From positions 28,797,097-28,861,096 of the forward strand of contig NC_092397.1 in assembly GCF_030028105.1 (NCBI RefSeq): a DNA stretch of 64,000 nucleotides, in the 5' to 3' direction. Position 1 is the stretch's first letter. Every line of letters starts with the position of its first letter. Source of the DNA: Mobula birostris. Lineage: Eukaryota. This document shows positions 38,549-50,250 of the stretch, in pieces. The notes under the pieces are model-generated. The model was not told the DNA's origin. It made no database searches and saw only the letters and a program-made list of their open reading frames with translations. A program made the translations under genes and the position numbers.

Positions 38549-38782
38549 AAATAAATGCTGTAAAGTATTATAACTTAGCTGCCTTCATACTTCCTATTCT
38601 AGCTCCCCACTTGTGGGTAAATGGTAACAATGTGATGAACAGAGGTACAAAACAAATACGAGAAAATCTGCAGGTGGTCGCAATTCAAGACAACAAGCAC
38701 AAAATCAGACCCTGATGACGTTTCTCACAGAAAATGCTGGAGGAACTCAGCAGGTCTGGCAGCATCTATGGAAAAGAGTAAA

Positions 38783-38819
38783 TTGTCGACGTTTCGGGCC
38801 GCCACCCTTCATCAGAAAC
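38783..38819 (-). ncRNA. minimal hammerhead ribozyme motif in a Penelope-derived element, intact core
   Basis: Reverse complement CTGATGA-AGGGTGGCGGCCC-GAAA-CGTC-GAC; stem I weak. Confidence 0.55.
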
Positions 38820-39154
38820 CTGACAACTGTTTACTCCTTTCTATTATGTGTGTGTTGCTTAGTTTGACAAGACAGCTGTTTAAAGCTGATCCCGATGGCA
38901 TCGCTGGCTTCATATTCCCAGAGAAATCCCCTTTACACCTCACGTCCCACCATGCTAAAATTAAGCTCGAGGCGAACCTGTTTGCCCTGCTTCCAGGTTC
39001 TGACAAAACTGCCTGATCTTGGATAATATTTTCGACTGTATCAACCACTCCTGCTTCCGTCACAACCCGTCTTTTCCTTCACCCTCTTTTCTCCTCCTTC
39101 TCTACCTGGAGTTGTCCCTTCTCAATGCCACCTTGAGCTATCGCTATGTAACAG

Positions 39155-39735
39155 ATTTTTTTTTTTTTTTTTACAATTGAAGACAAATTGCCATTACCTT
39201 CACTCGTAGCTCTGTGTAAGGGAGAGGGAGAGATCGTGAAGGAGTGAGCGTGAGAAGGAGAGAGCGCCAGGTTTGACGATGGGAAGGAGAGAAAGTGAAT
39301 GAGACCTGGCAAGAAAGGGGGCGCGGGGAAGAGCGCGCGAGGTAGAGAGCCTGAGGGGAGCGAGCGTGAAAGAGAGCACGAGGGTGAGAGCGTGCACAGG
39401 GGTGAGCGCGAGGGCAAGCGAGAGAAGCAGACATCGCGTTCGGAGAGAGGAGTGGGAGGGAGGGCGGGAGAGACAGAGTGAGAGAGAGAGAGAGCGAATG
39501 AGACTGGAATGGAGGGAGCGGGAGAAGGAGACAGCCCGAGGGCTGAGGGCGCAAAGGATAGTGAGCGAATGAGACATTGCGAGTAAGAGGGTGCAAGGGA
39601 GAGCGCAGGAGGGACAGGGCGTGAGCGAGGATGAGCGTGAGAAGGAGTAATCGCGAGGGGGAGAGAGGTAATGAGACATCGCGATGGAGAAAGGGAGAGA
39701 CAGAGAGGGAGAAGGAGAAGGGGAGGGACAGAACA
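39155..39735. repeat. poly-T followed by purine-rich (GA/GC) low-complexity tract
   Basis: T18 run, then about 520 nt of GAGAG/GAGCG-type sequence. Confidence 0.8.
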
Positions 39736-40019
39736 GGCTGCATGACATTGTCGGACCTCTGTTTCCCTCGAACACTGAGATCGGACTGTGTGTGTGGTGG
39801 ATGATCGGCATTATTTTGACTCATGTATTCCTAGTACTGTAGACACTTGTGTTTCTTTCTGTACAAAAACCGTGCGAGTTCTAATAAAGTGTCTTGTTTT
39901 AACACGTGTGCAGTCTCCTTTCTTTGCGAATGCATATGTAAACAAACTGAGCTGAATCAAAATGAATACTGAATGAATTATAACACAATTTTCCTTACAA
40001 AGAGGCTATCAGATAAGTT

Positions 40020-41290
40020 CCTGAACATACAGGAAATAGATAGATATGAATCACATGCAGCAAACTCTTTAGCCGAGGAGATACAGACAGGAACATCTGT
40101 GGTAATGAGTGAGATTGCAGGAAAGTGCGTTACCTTCATCATGCTATGACCAAGGATGTCTGTGAAAAGGTACAGACCATTGTTAAAGGGTAGGATGAGC
40201 AGCCAGAAGTCATTGTCCTTATTAGAACTAACAACAGAGAGACAAGTTCCCAGAAGCAAAAGTTAAGGAGGTGAGCAGTGAGTTAAAAAATTGAAAAAAA
40301 AACTCTGGGGTGGTGATTTCAGGATTACTTTTGATGTCACATGCTTGCGACGTAAGTGATCATATGCTACTGCACTTAAACGTGTGGCTCACAATCTGGG
40401 GCAGGAGGGAAGGCAGCAGGAGCACTCATCATTGGGCTCTCCCGTATAGGAAGGATGGCTTGCACTGTAGGGTAAATCACATTCTCACAAAGAATCTTCC
40501 TGGAGCCACCCTGATGATTTTGATCATGTGGCATCTGGATGGGGGTTGGTGTCCAGAGCTACAGGTGAGTAGGTTGCATTGGTGGAAGGTAGAGATGAGG
40601 TCAAAGAAAACCTAAAGGAAGTCAAGATGGGGTCACCATAATGAGCACAGTGGCACCGAACAGCAAAAGTGAGTTTATTTCAGTGTAGGGGGAAAACTGT
40701 TAAGGCAGACATACCCAGATCCTGCATTTATACACGGCACGGTGATTCATCCGTTGCAGAGATCTAGTTGAGAGAAGGTCAGGACTGGTATATAAATATT
40801 CCAGGATTTAGATGATTCCGAGAGTCCAGAGGGAGATAAAAGAGGTTGAGGAGCCGCACTGCTGATCAGGCAGAATATCACCAGCTCGAAGTCATCCCGG
40901 AAGCTCAAACAGTAAGACAATGTGGAGGGACTCAGGAATAAGAAAAGTGTAATACTGTAGGCGTCACAATAGCCAGTAAGAGAGGGGAATGGACATGTCA
41001 GCAGGTTATTGACTGATGTAAAACAATAGAATACACTAGTTGGTTAATCTTCTCTCCAGAATGACTTGCACTTCCTTACCACCTGAGGCTTGGACGGGGG
41101 ATTATTTGTCTGGTGTATCTATGATGGTTTACAGAAACAGCATGTAAATGGTCCACCAGGGAGGGGACATACTTGAGATGTTAGTGGGAAAATGACCCTA
41201 GCGAGATTAGTGGGGTTTCATTGAGATAGATTTACCGATTATAATTCTGGAGGTTTTCCGGTGGTTATTATGAAGGGTAAGTCTGAACCT
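40020..41290 (+). mobile_element. very old CR1 5' region (esterase ORF1 / endonuclease remnants)
   Basis: VVISGLL, LNVWL..W.R.EG and YRKDGLH motifs. Confidence 0.55.
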
Positions 41291-41299
41291 GCAGGTGGA

Positions 41300-41915
41300 C
41301 GAATCAGAATCAGGGTTATTTTCAACGGCATGTGACGTGAAATTTGTTAATTAGTAGTCGCAGTTTAATGCAAAACATAATATAGAATAAAAAAGGAATA
41401 ATCAATCAATCAATCAATAAACCTCAGTATACATATATTGAATATATGAGAAATTGTGCAAAAAACTTAAATACTATATATCAGAACAAGTCAGATGATG
41501 TCCAGGGGTTCAATGCTAATTTAGGAATCGGATGACAGAGAGGAAGAAGCTATTAATGAATCACTGAGTGTGTGCCTTCAGGTTTCTTTATCTCCGACCT
41601 GATGGTAACAGTGAGAAAGGGGCATGCCTTGGGTGCTGAAGGTCCTTAAAAATGGATGCTGCCTTTCTGAGACACTGCTCCTTGGGTATTTAGTAGGCTT
41701 CTACCCAATATGCAGCTGAGTAAATGTACAACCCTCTGCAGCTTCGTTCGGTCCTGTACAATAGCCCCCCATACCAGACAATGAAGCAGCCTGTCAGAAT
41801 GCTCTCCACGGTACATCAATTGACGTTTTTTGAGTGTACTTGTGGACATAACAAATCTCTTCAAACTGTAATGAAGTATAGTTGCTATCATGCCTTCTTT
41901 ATAAAAGTATCAATA
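41300..41915 (-). mobile_element. Rex1/Babar LINE 3' fragment
   Basis: (AATCAG)n tail; LQRVV and CFIVWYG-type remnants. Confidence 0.7.
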
Positions 41916-43615
41916 TAGACATAGACATAGCATTGTACAGCACAGTACAGGCTTTTCGGCCCACAATGTTGTGCCGACCCTCAAACCCTGCCTCACATAT
42001 AAGCCCCCACCTTAAATTCCTGCATATACCTGTCTAGTAGTCTATTAAACTTCACCGGTATCTGTGCTTCGACCACTGACTCAGACAGAGCATTTCACGC
42101 ACCACTCTGAGAAAAAAAATACCTTCCTCTAATATCCCCCTTGAACTTCCCACCCCTTATCTTAAAGCCATGTCCTCTTGTATTGGGCAGTGGTGCCCTG
42201 GGGAAGAGGTGCTGGCTATCCATTCTGTCTGTTCCTCTTATTATCTTTTACACCTCTATGATGTGTCCTCTCATTCTCGTTCTCCCAAAGAGTAAAGCCC
42301 TAGCTCACCTAATCTCTGATCATAATGCATACACTCTAAACCAGGCGTCATCCTGGTAAATCTCTTCTGTACCATTTCCAATGCTTCCATATCCTTCCTA
42401 TAGTGAGGCGACCAGAACTGGACACAGTACTCCAAGTGTGGCCTAACTAGAGTTTTATAGAGCTGCATCATTACATCGCGACTCTTAAACTCTATCCCTC
42501 GACTTATGAAAGCTAACACCTCATAAACTTTTTTAACTACCCTATCTACCCATGAGACAACTTCCAGTGATCTGTGGACATGTACCCTGAGATCCCTCTG
42601 CTCCTCCACACTACCAAGTATTCTGCCACTTACTTTGTACTCTGCCTTGGAGTTTGTCCTTCCAAAGTGTACCACCTCACACTTCTCCGGGTTGAACTCC
42701 ATCTGCCACTTCTCAGCCCACTTCTGCATCCTATCAATGTCTCTATGCAATCTTTGAATATCCTGTACACTATCTACAACACCACTAACCTTTGTGTCGT
42801 CTGCAAACTTGCCAACCCTGCCTTCTACCTCCACATCCAGGTTGTTAATAAAAATCACGAAAAATAGAGCTCCCAGAATAGATCCGTGTGGGACACCACT
42901 ATTCACAATCCTCCAATCTGAATGTACTCCCTCCACCACGACCCTCTGCCTTCTGCAGACAAGCCAATTTTGAATCCACCTGGCCAAACTTCCCTGGATC
43001 CCATGCCTTCTAACTTTCTGAATAAGCCTACCGTGTGGAACCTTGTCAAATGCCTTACTAAAATCCATATAGATCACATCCACTGCACTACCCTCATCTA
43101 TATGCCTGGTCACCTGTTCAAAGAACACTATCAGGCTTGTTATACACAATCTGCCCTTCACAAAGCTATGCTGACTGTCCCTGATCAGACCATGATTCTC
43201 TAAATGCCCAGAGATCCTATCTCTAAGAATCGTTTCCAATAGCTTTCCCACGACACACGTAAGGCTCACTGGTCTATAATTACTCGGACTATCCCTACTA
43301 TCTTTTTTTGAACGAGGTGTCAACATTCGCCTCTCTCCAATCCTCGGGTACCATTCCCATGGACAACGAGGACATAAGGATCCTCGCCAGAGGCTCAGCA
43401 ATCTCTTCCCTCGCCTCGTGGAGCAGCCTGGGGAATATTCCGTCAGGCCCCGGGAACTTATCCGTGCTAATGTATTTTAATAACTCTGACAACCCCTATC
43501 CCTTAATATCAACATACTCCAGAACATCAACTTCACTCATATTGTCCTCACCATCATCAAGTTCCCTCTTATTGGTGAACACGGAGGAGAACTATTCATT
43601 GAGGACCTCGCTCAT
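41916..43615 (-). mobile_element. CR1 LINE ORF2 3' half
   Basis: ORF 42271-43401: NYRPVSLT, YMDFSKAFDKVPH, SGVPHGS, KFADDTK, LVRPHLEYC; (ATAGAC)n tail. Confidence 0.93.
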
Positions 43616-43616
43616 T

Positions 43617-43930
43617 TCAGGGAGCGTACTACCAACGGTTTGGAAAAAATAATAATGGGATGATCGTGTTTCTGTATTTTTGGTCTTGTAGCAGCTGCAC
43701 TGGATTTGAAAATATTCTGCTGAAACAGCCCGTGAACATTCTACCAATTCATTGTCCATATTTGTATATGAACGATTGACTGAGTTAGGGGCCACGTTCA
43801 AACCATCGACTGCCAGTAACGCGTTAGCAAATGTTCGGAGTTCCATGATATTTCACGAACCTGTTGTGGATTATTGATAAATGTGTGCAACATAATTGAA
43901 TATAAAGCAGTATACGGACAACACAATGAA
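43617..43930. repeat. ~310-bp unclassified duplicated segment, copy 2
   Basis: Same orientation as, and colinear with, 36726-37036. Confidence 0.85.
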
Positions 43931-43959
43931 ATATTTGCTGAGCAGATTATCTCAAGCGA

Positions 43960-45465
43960 GGGTCTAGTGAGGTGGATGAACTGAGGGAAATATATATTAG
44001 TAGGGAAGTGGTGTTAAGTAAATTGAAGAGATTAAAGGCAGATAAATCCCTAGGGCCAGATGGTCTGCATCCCAGAGTGCTTAAGGAAGTAGCCCAAGAA
44101 AGAGTGGGTGCATCAGTGATAATTTTTCAAAAATCCTTAGATTCTGGATTAGTTCCTGAGGATTGGAGGGGGGGCTAATGTACCCCGCTTTTTAAAAAAA
44201 AGGAGGGAGAGAGAAACCAGGGAATGATAGACTGGCTAGCCTGACATCGGTGATGGGGAAGATTTTAGAATCAGTTATCAAAAATGTGATAACAGCACAT
44301 TTGGAAAGCAGTGAAATGACTGGACAAAGATAGCATGGATTTGTGAAAGGGAAATCATGCATAACGAATCTCATAGAATTTTTTGAAGATGTAAGTAGTA
44401 GAGTGGATAGGGGAGAACCAGTCGATGTGGTAAATTTAGGTTTTCAAAAGTCTTTTGACAAGGTCCCACACAGAAGATTACTGTGCAAACTTAAAGCTCA
44501 TGGTATTGGGGGTATGGTATTGATGTCGATAGAGAATTGGTTGGCAGAGAGGAAGCAAATAGTGGGAATAAACGGGACCTTTTCAGAATGGCAGGCAGTG
44601 ACTAGTGGGGTACCGCAAGGCTCAGTGCTGGGACCCCAGTTGTTTATAATATATATTAATAATTTAGACGAGGGAATTACATGCAGTATCCCCAAGTTTA
44701 CGGACGATTGGGAAAAGGGGAGGTGCAACGAGACCTGGGTGTCATTGTACACCAGTCATTGAAAGTGGGCATGCAGGTACAGCAGCCGGTGAAAAAGGCG
44801 AGTGGTATGCTGTCATTCATAGTAAGAAGATTCGTGTACAGGAGGAGGAAGGTACTACTACAGTTGTACAAGGCCTTAGTGAGACCACACTTGGAGTATT
44901 GTGTGCTGTTTTGATCCCCTAATCTGAGGAAAAACATCCTTGCCATAGAGGGAGTACAGAGAAGGTTCACCCGATTGACTCCTGGGATGGCAGGACTTTC
45001 ATATGCGGAAAGACTGGATCGACTAGGCTTATATTCGCTGGAATTTAGAAGATTGAGGGGGGGATCTGATTGAAACGTATAAAATTCTAAAGAGATTGGA
45101 CAGGCTAGATGCAGAAAGATTGTTCCCGATGTTGGGGAAGTCCACAACGAGGGGTCACAGTTTAAGGACATAGGGGAAGCCTTTTAGGACCGAGATGAGA
45201 GAAAAAAAAAAACTTCTTCACACAGAGAGTGCGAATCTGTGGAATTCTCTGCCACAGGAAACAGTTGAGGTCAGTTCATTGGCTATATTTAAGATGGAGT
45301 TAGATATGGCCCTTTTATCTACAGGGATCAGGGGGTATGGAGGGAAGGCTGGTACAGAGTTTTGAGTTGGATGATCAGCCATGATCATACTGAATGGTGG
45401 TACAGGCACGAAGGGCTGAATGGCCTACTCCTGCACCTATTTTCTTTGTTTCTATGTTTCTATGT
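43960..45465 (+). mobile_element. CR1 LINE, same subfamily as 19267, with internal deletion
   Basis: [23 protein letters not shown]; jumps from the KFADD region to [11 protein letters not shown] near 44705; (TTTCTATG)n tail. Confidence 0.9.
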
Positions 45466-45628
45466 CCGAGACCAGACCCTCTATCCTAGCCTCGTCTAGG
45501 GCCTGTGTCATGTCCAGCATCGTTTCTTCCCCACTTCCCTTGCTTGCTTGACACACCAAGTCCTGTTCTGAGTACTTCAGTGTTGATGTCTTGCATTTGG
45601 ATCTGCTCCCATCGTCCCCGTTAAGACA
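45466..45628 (+). mobile_element. LTR 3'-end fragment
   Basis: TTCAGTG..GTCTTGCATTTGG..AAGACA resembles the ends of the LTRs at 16694 and 45899. Confidence 0.55.
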
Positions 45629-48198
45629 GAGCTGGAGCTTTTGGAAAGCATATAGTTGGATAAGTCACCGACACCGTACGGGATGTACCCCAGGCTACTG
45701 TGGAAAGCGAGGGAGGAGTTTGCTGAGACTCTGATGAATATCCTTGAATCATCAGTCAAGACGGGAGTTTTTCAGAGCATAGGATGGTTGCAGGTGTCGT
45801 TCCCTTATTCAACAAAGGGAGTTGGGATAGCCCAGGAAATTATAGGCCAACGAGCCTTACGTCAGAGGTTGGTAAGTTGGTGGAGAAGATCCTGAGAGTG
45901 TCACAAAGGTGGGGGCTTTGGGAGCAAGGGTGGACCCAAATGCAAGACACATCTTGTGAGGTTACTTAGATTTAGTTTATTGTTCGATACCAGGAGAGCA
46001 AGGCAGGAGCAGGAAAGAGCGAACTGGACAAGGACTCAGGACTACGACTAGGCTGGGACCAAGGGTCTGGGCTTGGACTCGGAATCGGCTACCAGAACTA
46101 GAGGAGACATGAAGAGGCTAGGGTATGGACTCTGAGCCAGAGACTGGGCAAGGACCCGGTACCTGGATCCTGCCTCGGACTCGGACCCCAGAACCAGGCA
46201 AGGACATGACATGGGCTAGGGAGAGGAGGAACATGGGAACACAGAGCCTCGGTCTCGGGGTGCAGGTACATGGAACCATGGACACATACACAGAACACAG
46301 AGTCGGGACCCTACCTTCGGTACAGGACATAGGGCCGGGACTCATGACCCTCCGCGGGGCAACTGCAAGACGGCCTGACTTACCCCACGGAGGCGAGGAC
46401 AGGACAAGACATGACTCCCCGCGGGGCAACGACAAGACGGCCAGACTTACCCCACGGAGGCGAGGACAAGACAAGACAAGACCAACACAAATGAACACCA
46501 GACAGCACCTATCTAGCTCCTGCGATGGAACTAGACCGAAGTGCGGGCACGGGCTGCAGACGAGGGCTGGAGGCGAGAGGGGCAGAGTAGGTATTCAGAC
46601 AAGGAGGTGGGACAGGAATCACAGACCGCCAGGGCCAGGACTTGACTCAGAACTAGGAAGCTGCCAGGGCCAGGACATGACTTGGTGCTTGAATGCCTCC
46701 AGAAACAGGACTTGACTTGGTACTAGAATACCGCCGGAGCCAGGACTTGACTTGGAGCCTCCGGGTAGTGGCCAGCTCTCGACTCGGCCCGGGAACAATA
46801 GACAGCGGTTCTTGATTCCCACCGGCGGGTTAACTGACGGACCTACCTCGGTGAGGAAACTTTGCAGGCTCGCTTTGGCGAGGTAACTGGACAGGGTTGC
46901 TCCGGTGAGGAGAGGCAAGTTACGGGCACTCGCTTCGGGCGGAGACAAGGCTTGCTCCAGCCAGATGTCACTGGCACGCCGTAACTTTGCAGACGCTCCC
47001 GTGCTGAACGGCTGAAAGCCGGAGACTATAAACTATCGGTTCAGCCAAGCGTTAATTGCCTCTAATCACCAAAGCCAAGGGACACGGGAAAACAGGGAAT
47101 CAACGGTCCGGATCGTAACATAAACAAGGTAAATTTAAAGGGACCCCGATCCGGACCGTGACAGAGAGATAGGATTTCTGAACATTTGGACAGGAATAAT
47201 ATGATTAGGAATAGTCAGCATGGCTTTGTCAAAAGCATGTCTTGCCTTACGAGCCTGATTAAATATTTTGAGGATGTAACTGTGAATATTGTTGAAGGTA
47301 GAGCCGTCGATGTAGTGTATATGGATTTTAACAAGAAATTTGATAAAGTACCCCTTGCAAGCCTTATGGACAGAATAAGGAGGCATGGGATCCATGGGAT
47401 CCAAAGGATATTTGGATTGTGGATCCAGAGCTGGCTTGCCCACAGAAGGCAAAGCGTAATTGTACACGGGTCATGTTCTGCATGGGGGCCCGTGACCAGT
47501 AATGTGCCTCAGGGATCTGTTTTAGAACAACTACTCTTTGCGATTTTTATAAATGACCTGGATGAGGAAGTGGAGGGAGGGGTTAATAGATTTGCTGATG
47601 ACACAAATGTTGGGGGTGCAGTGGTTAGTGTGGCGGTCTGTATGAGTTTACAACGGGACATTGATAGGATGCAAATCTGGGCTCAGAAGTGGCGGATGGG
47701 ATTCAACAAATTAAGTGTGAGGTGTTTATTTTTGGTAGATCAAATATGATGCCAGAATATAGCATTAATGGGAAGACTCTTGGCTGTGTGGAGGATCAGA
47801 GGGATCTTGGGGCCCGAGTCCATAGGTCACGCAAAGCTGTTACGCAGTTTGACTCTGAGGTTAAGAAGGCATACGGTGCATTAGTCTTCATCAATCGTGG
47901 GATTGAGTTTAACAGCCAAGAGCAGCTCTTTTGGACCCTGGTCAAACCCCACTTGTAGTACTGTGCTCAATTCTGGTCTCCTGAGTACAGGAAGGACGTG
48001 GAAACCATTGACAGGACGCAGAGGGGATTTACAAAGATGTTGCCGCGATTAGGGAGCATGTCTTATAAGAATATTTTTAGTGAACTCGGACTTTTCTCCT
48101 TGGAGGGACGGAGGATGACAGATGACTTCATAGAAGTGTAGTAGATTAGGAGAGGCATTGATCGTATGGATAGTCAGTGTTTTTTCCTTTTTTTTTCC
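45629..48198 (+). mobile_element. CR1 LINE interrupted by a solo LTR
   Basis: NYRPTSLTSEVGKLVEKILR | DRI..QHGFVK..VPQGSVL..FADDT continues across the LTR. Confidence 0.85.
45899..47163 (-). mobile_element. solo LTR (Gypsy-type)
   Basis: TGTCAC...GTGACA termini; perfect GAGAG TSD (45894-45898 and 47164-47168); reverse-complement start homologous to 29609. Confidence 0.92.
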
Positions 48199-50050
48199 CA
48201 GGGCTGAAAGGTGGAAATCAAGAGGAGCTGAGGGCAATACAGAGGGACCTGAAAGCTAGGTTCAGGGAGGCTAAAGACAGGTACAGGAGGAAGCTTGAGT
48301 GGGAACTCCAGCAGTACAACATGACAGAGGTCTGGAGGGGGATGAGGACCATCACTGGGTTCCGGAAAACTAGCAACAGAGGAGCTGAAGGCAGTGTGGA
48401 CAGGGCCAACGAACTTAACCTGTTCTTTAACAGATTTGACATTGTGGCCCCTGCCCATCCCCCACATGGGTCATCTGTTGTCTGGCACCAACCAACGCAT
48501 ATTCCACTCTCCCCTCCTACCCCTCCTAACAGTCCCCCACTCTGCTCTCATGACTATACACCTTCCCCACATGAAATCACCACTGTGGGCTTCACAGCTG
48601 AACAGGTGAGAACTCAGCTGAAACGTCCCAACCCATGCAAGGCTGCAGGACCAGATGGTGTCAGTACCAGGCTGCTCAAAGCCTGTGCCCCTCAGCTAAG
48701 TGGAGCACTTTGCCGTGTATTCAACCTGAGCCTGAGGCTCCGGAGGGTTCCTGTGCTGTGGAAGACGTCCTGCCTCGTACCTGTGCCAAAGACGCCGCGC
48801 CCCAGCGGCCTCAATGACTACAGACCAGTGACATTGACCTCCCACATCATGAAGACCCTGGAGAGACTTGTTCTGGAGCTGCTCCGGCCTATGGTCAGGC
48901 CACACTTAGACCCCCTCCAGTTCACCTACCTTCCCCGACTAGGAGCTGAGGATGCCATCGTCTACCTGCTGAACTGTGTCTACGCCCACCTGGACAAGAC
49001 AGCGAGCACTGTGAGACTCATGTTTTTTGACTTCTCCAGTGCGTTCAACACCATCCGCCCTGCTCTGCTGGAGGAGAAGCTGACAGCGATGCAGGTGGAT
49101 GCTTTCCTGGTGTAATGGATTCTTGATTACCTGACTGGCAGTCCACAGTACATGTGCTTGCAACAGTGTGTGTCCGACAGAGTGATCAGCAGACCTGGGG
49201 CTCCACAGGGGACCGTCTTGTCTCCCTTTCTCCTCACCATTTACACCTCTGACTTCAACTACTGCACAGAGTCTTGTCATCTTCAGAAGTTTTCTGATGA
49301 CTCTGCCATAGTTGGATGCATCAGCAAGGGATATGAGGCTGAGTACAGGGCTACGGTAGGAAACTTTGTCACATGGTGTGAGCAGAATCATCTGTAGTTT
49401 AATGTTAAAAAAAAAGACGAAGGAGCTGGTGGTAGACCTGAGGAGAGCTAAGGTACCGGTGACCCCTATTTCCAAACAGGGGGTCAGGGTGGACATGGCG
49501 GAGGATTACAAATACCTGGGATACCAATTGACAATAAACTGGACTGGTCAAAGAACACCGAGGCCGTCTACAAGAGCGATCGGAGCCGTCTCTACTTCCT
49601 GAAGAGACTGAGGTCTTTTAACATCTGCCGGACGATGCTGAGGATGTTCTACGAGTCTGTGGTAGCTAGTGCTATCATGTTTGCTGTTGTGTGCTGGGGC
49701 AGCAGGCTGAGGGTAGCAGACACCAACAGAATCAACAAACTCATTCGTAAGGCCAGTGATGCTGTGGGGATGGAACTGGACTCTCTGACCGTGGTGTCTG
49801 AAAAGAGGATGCTGTCCAAGTTGCATGTCATCTTGGACAATGTCTCCCATCCACTACATAATGTACTGGTTGGGCACAGGAGTACATTCAGCCAGAGACT
49901 CATTCCACCGAGATGCAACACAGAACGTCATAGGAAGTCATTCTTGCCTGTGGCCATCAAACTTTACAACTTCTCCCGTGGAGGGTCAGACACCCTGAGC
50001 CAATAGGCTGGTCCTGGACTTATTTCCTGGCATAATTTACATATTACTAT
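48199..50050 (+). mobile_element. Rex1/Babar LINE RT region, recently inactivated
   Basis: KAAGPDGV, LNDYRPVTLTS, FFDFSSAFNTI, GAPQGTVLSPFL, KFSDDS, YKYLG; a few stops and frameshifts. Confidence 0.92.
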
Positions 50051-50250
50051 NNNNNNNNNNNNNNNNNNNNNNNNNNNNNNNNNNNNNNNNNNNNNNNNNN
50101 NNNNNNNNNNNNNNNNNNNNNNNNNNNNNNNNNNNNNNNNNNNNNNNNNNNNNNNNNNNNNNNNNNNNNNNNNNNNNNNNNNNNNNNNNNNNNNNNNNNN
50201 NNNNNNNNNNNNNNNNNNNNNNNNNNNNNNNNNNNNNNNNNNNNNNNNNN
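50051..50250. other. assembly gap (200 N)
   Basis: Run of N. Confidence 1.

Noticed and set aside
39079-39824. Several 100-217 aa ORFs
   Set aside because: Products of a low-complexity GA tract that lacks stop codons.
46125-46715. 196-aa ORF
   Set aside because: Lies wholly within a solo LTR's internal repeats and has no gag/pol motifs.
50051-50250. Physical linkage of the tRNA/GPCR half with the histone half taken as certain
   Set aside because: A 200-N scaffold gap of unknown true size separates them; adjacency and orientation need long-read or Hi-C confirmation.
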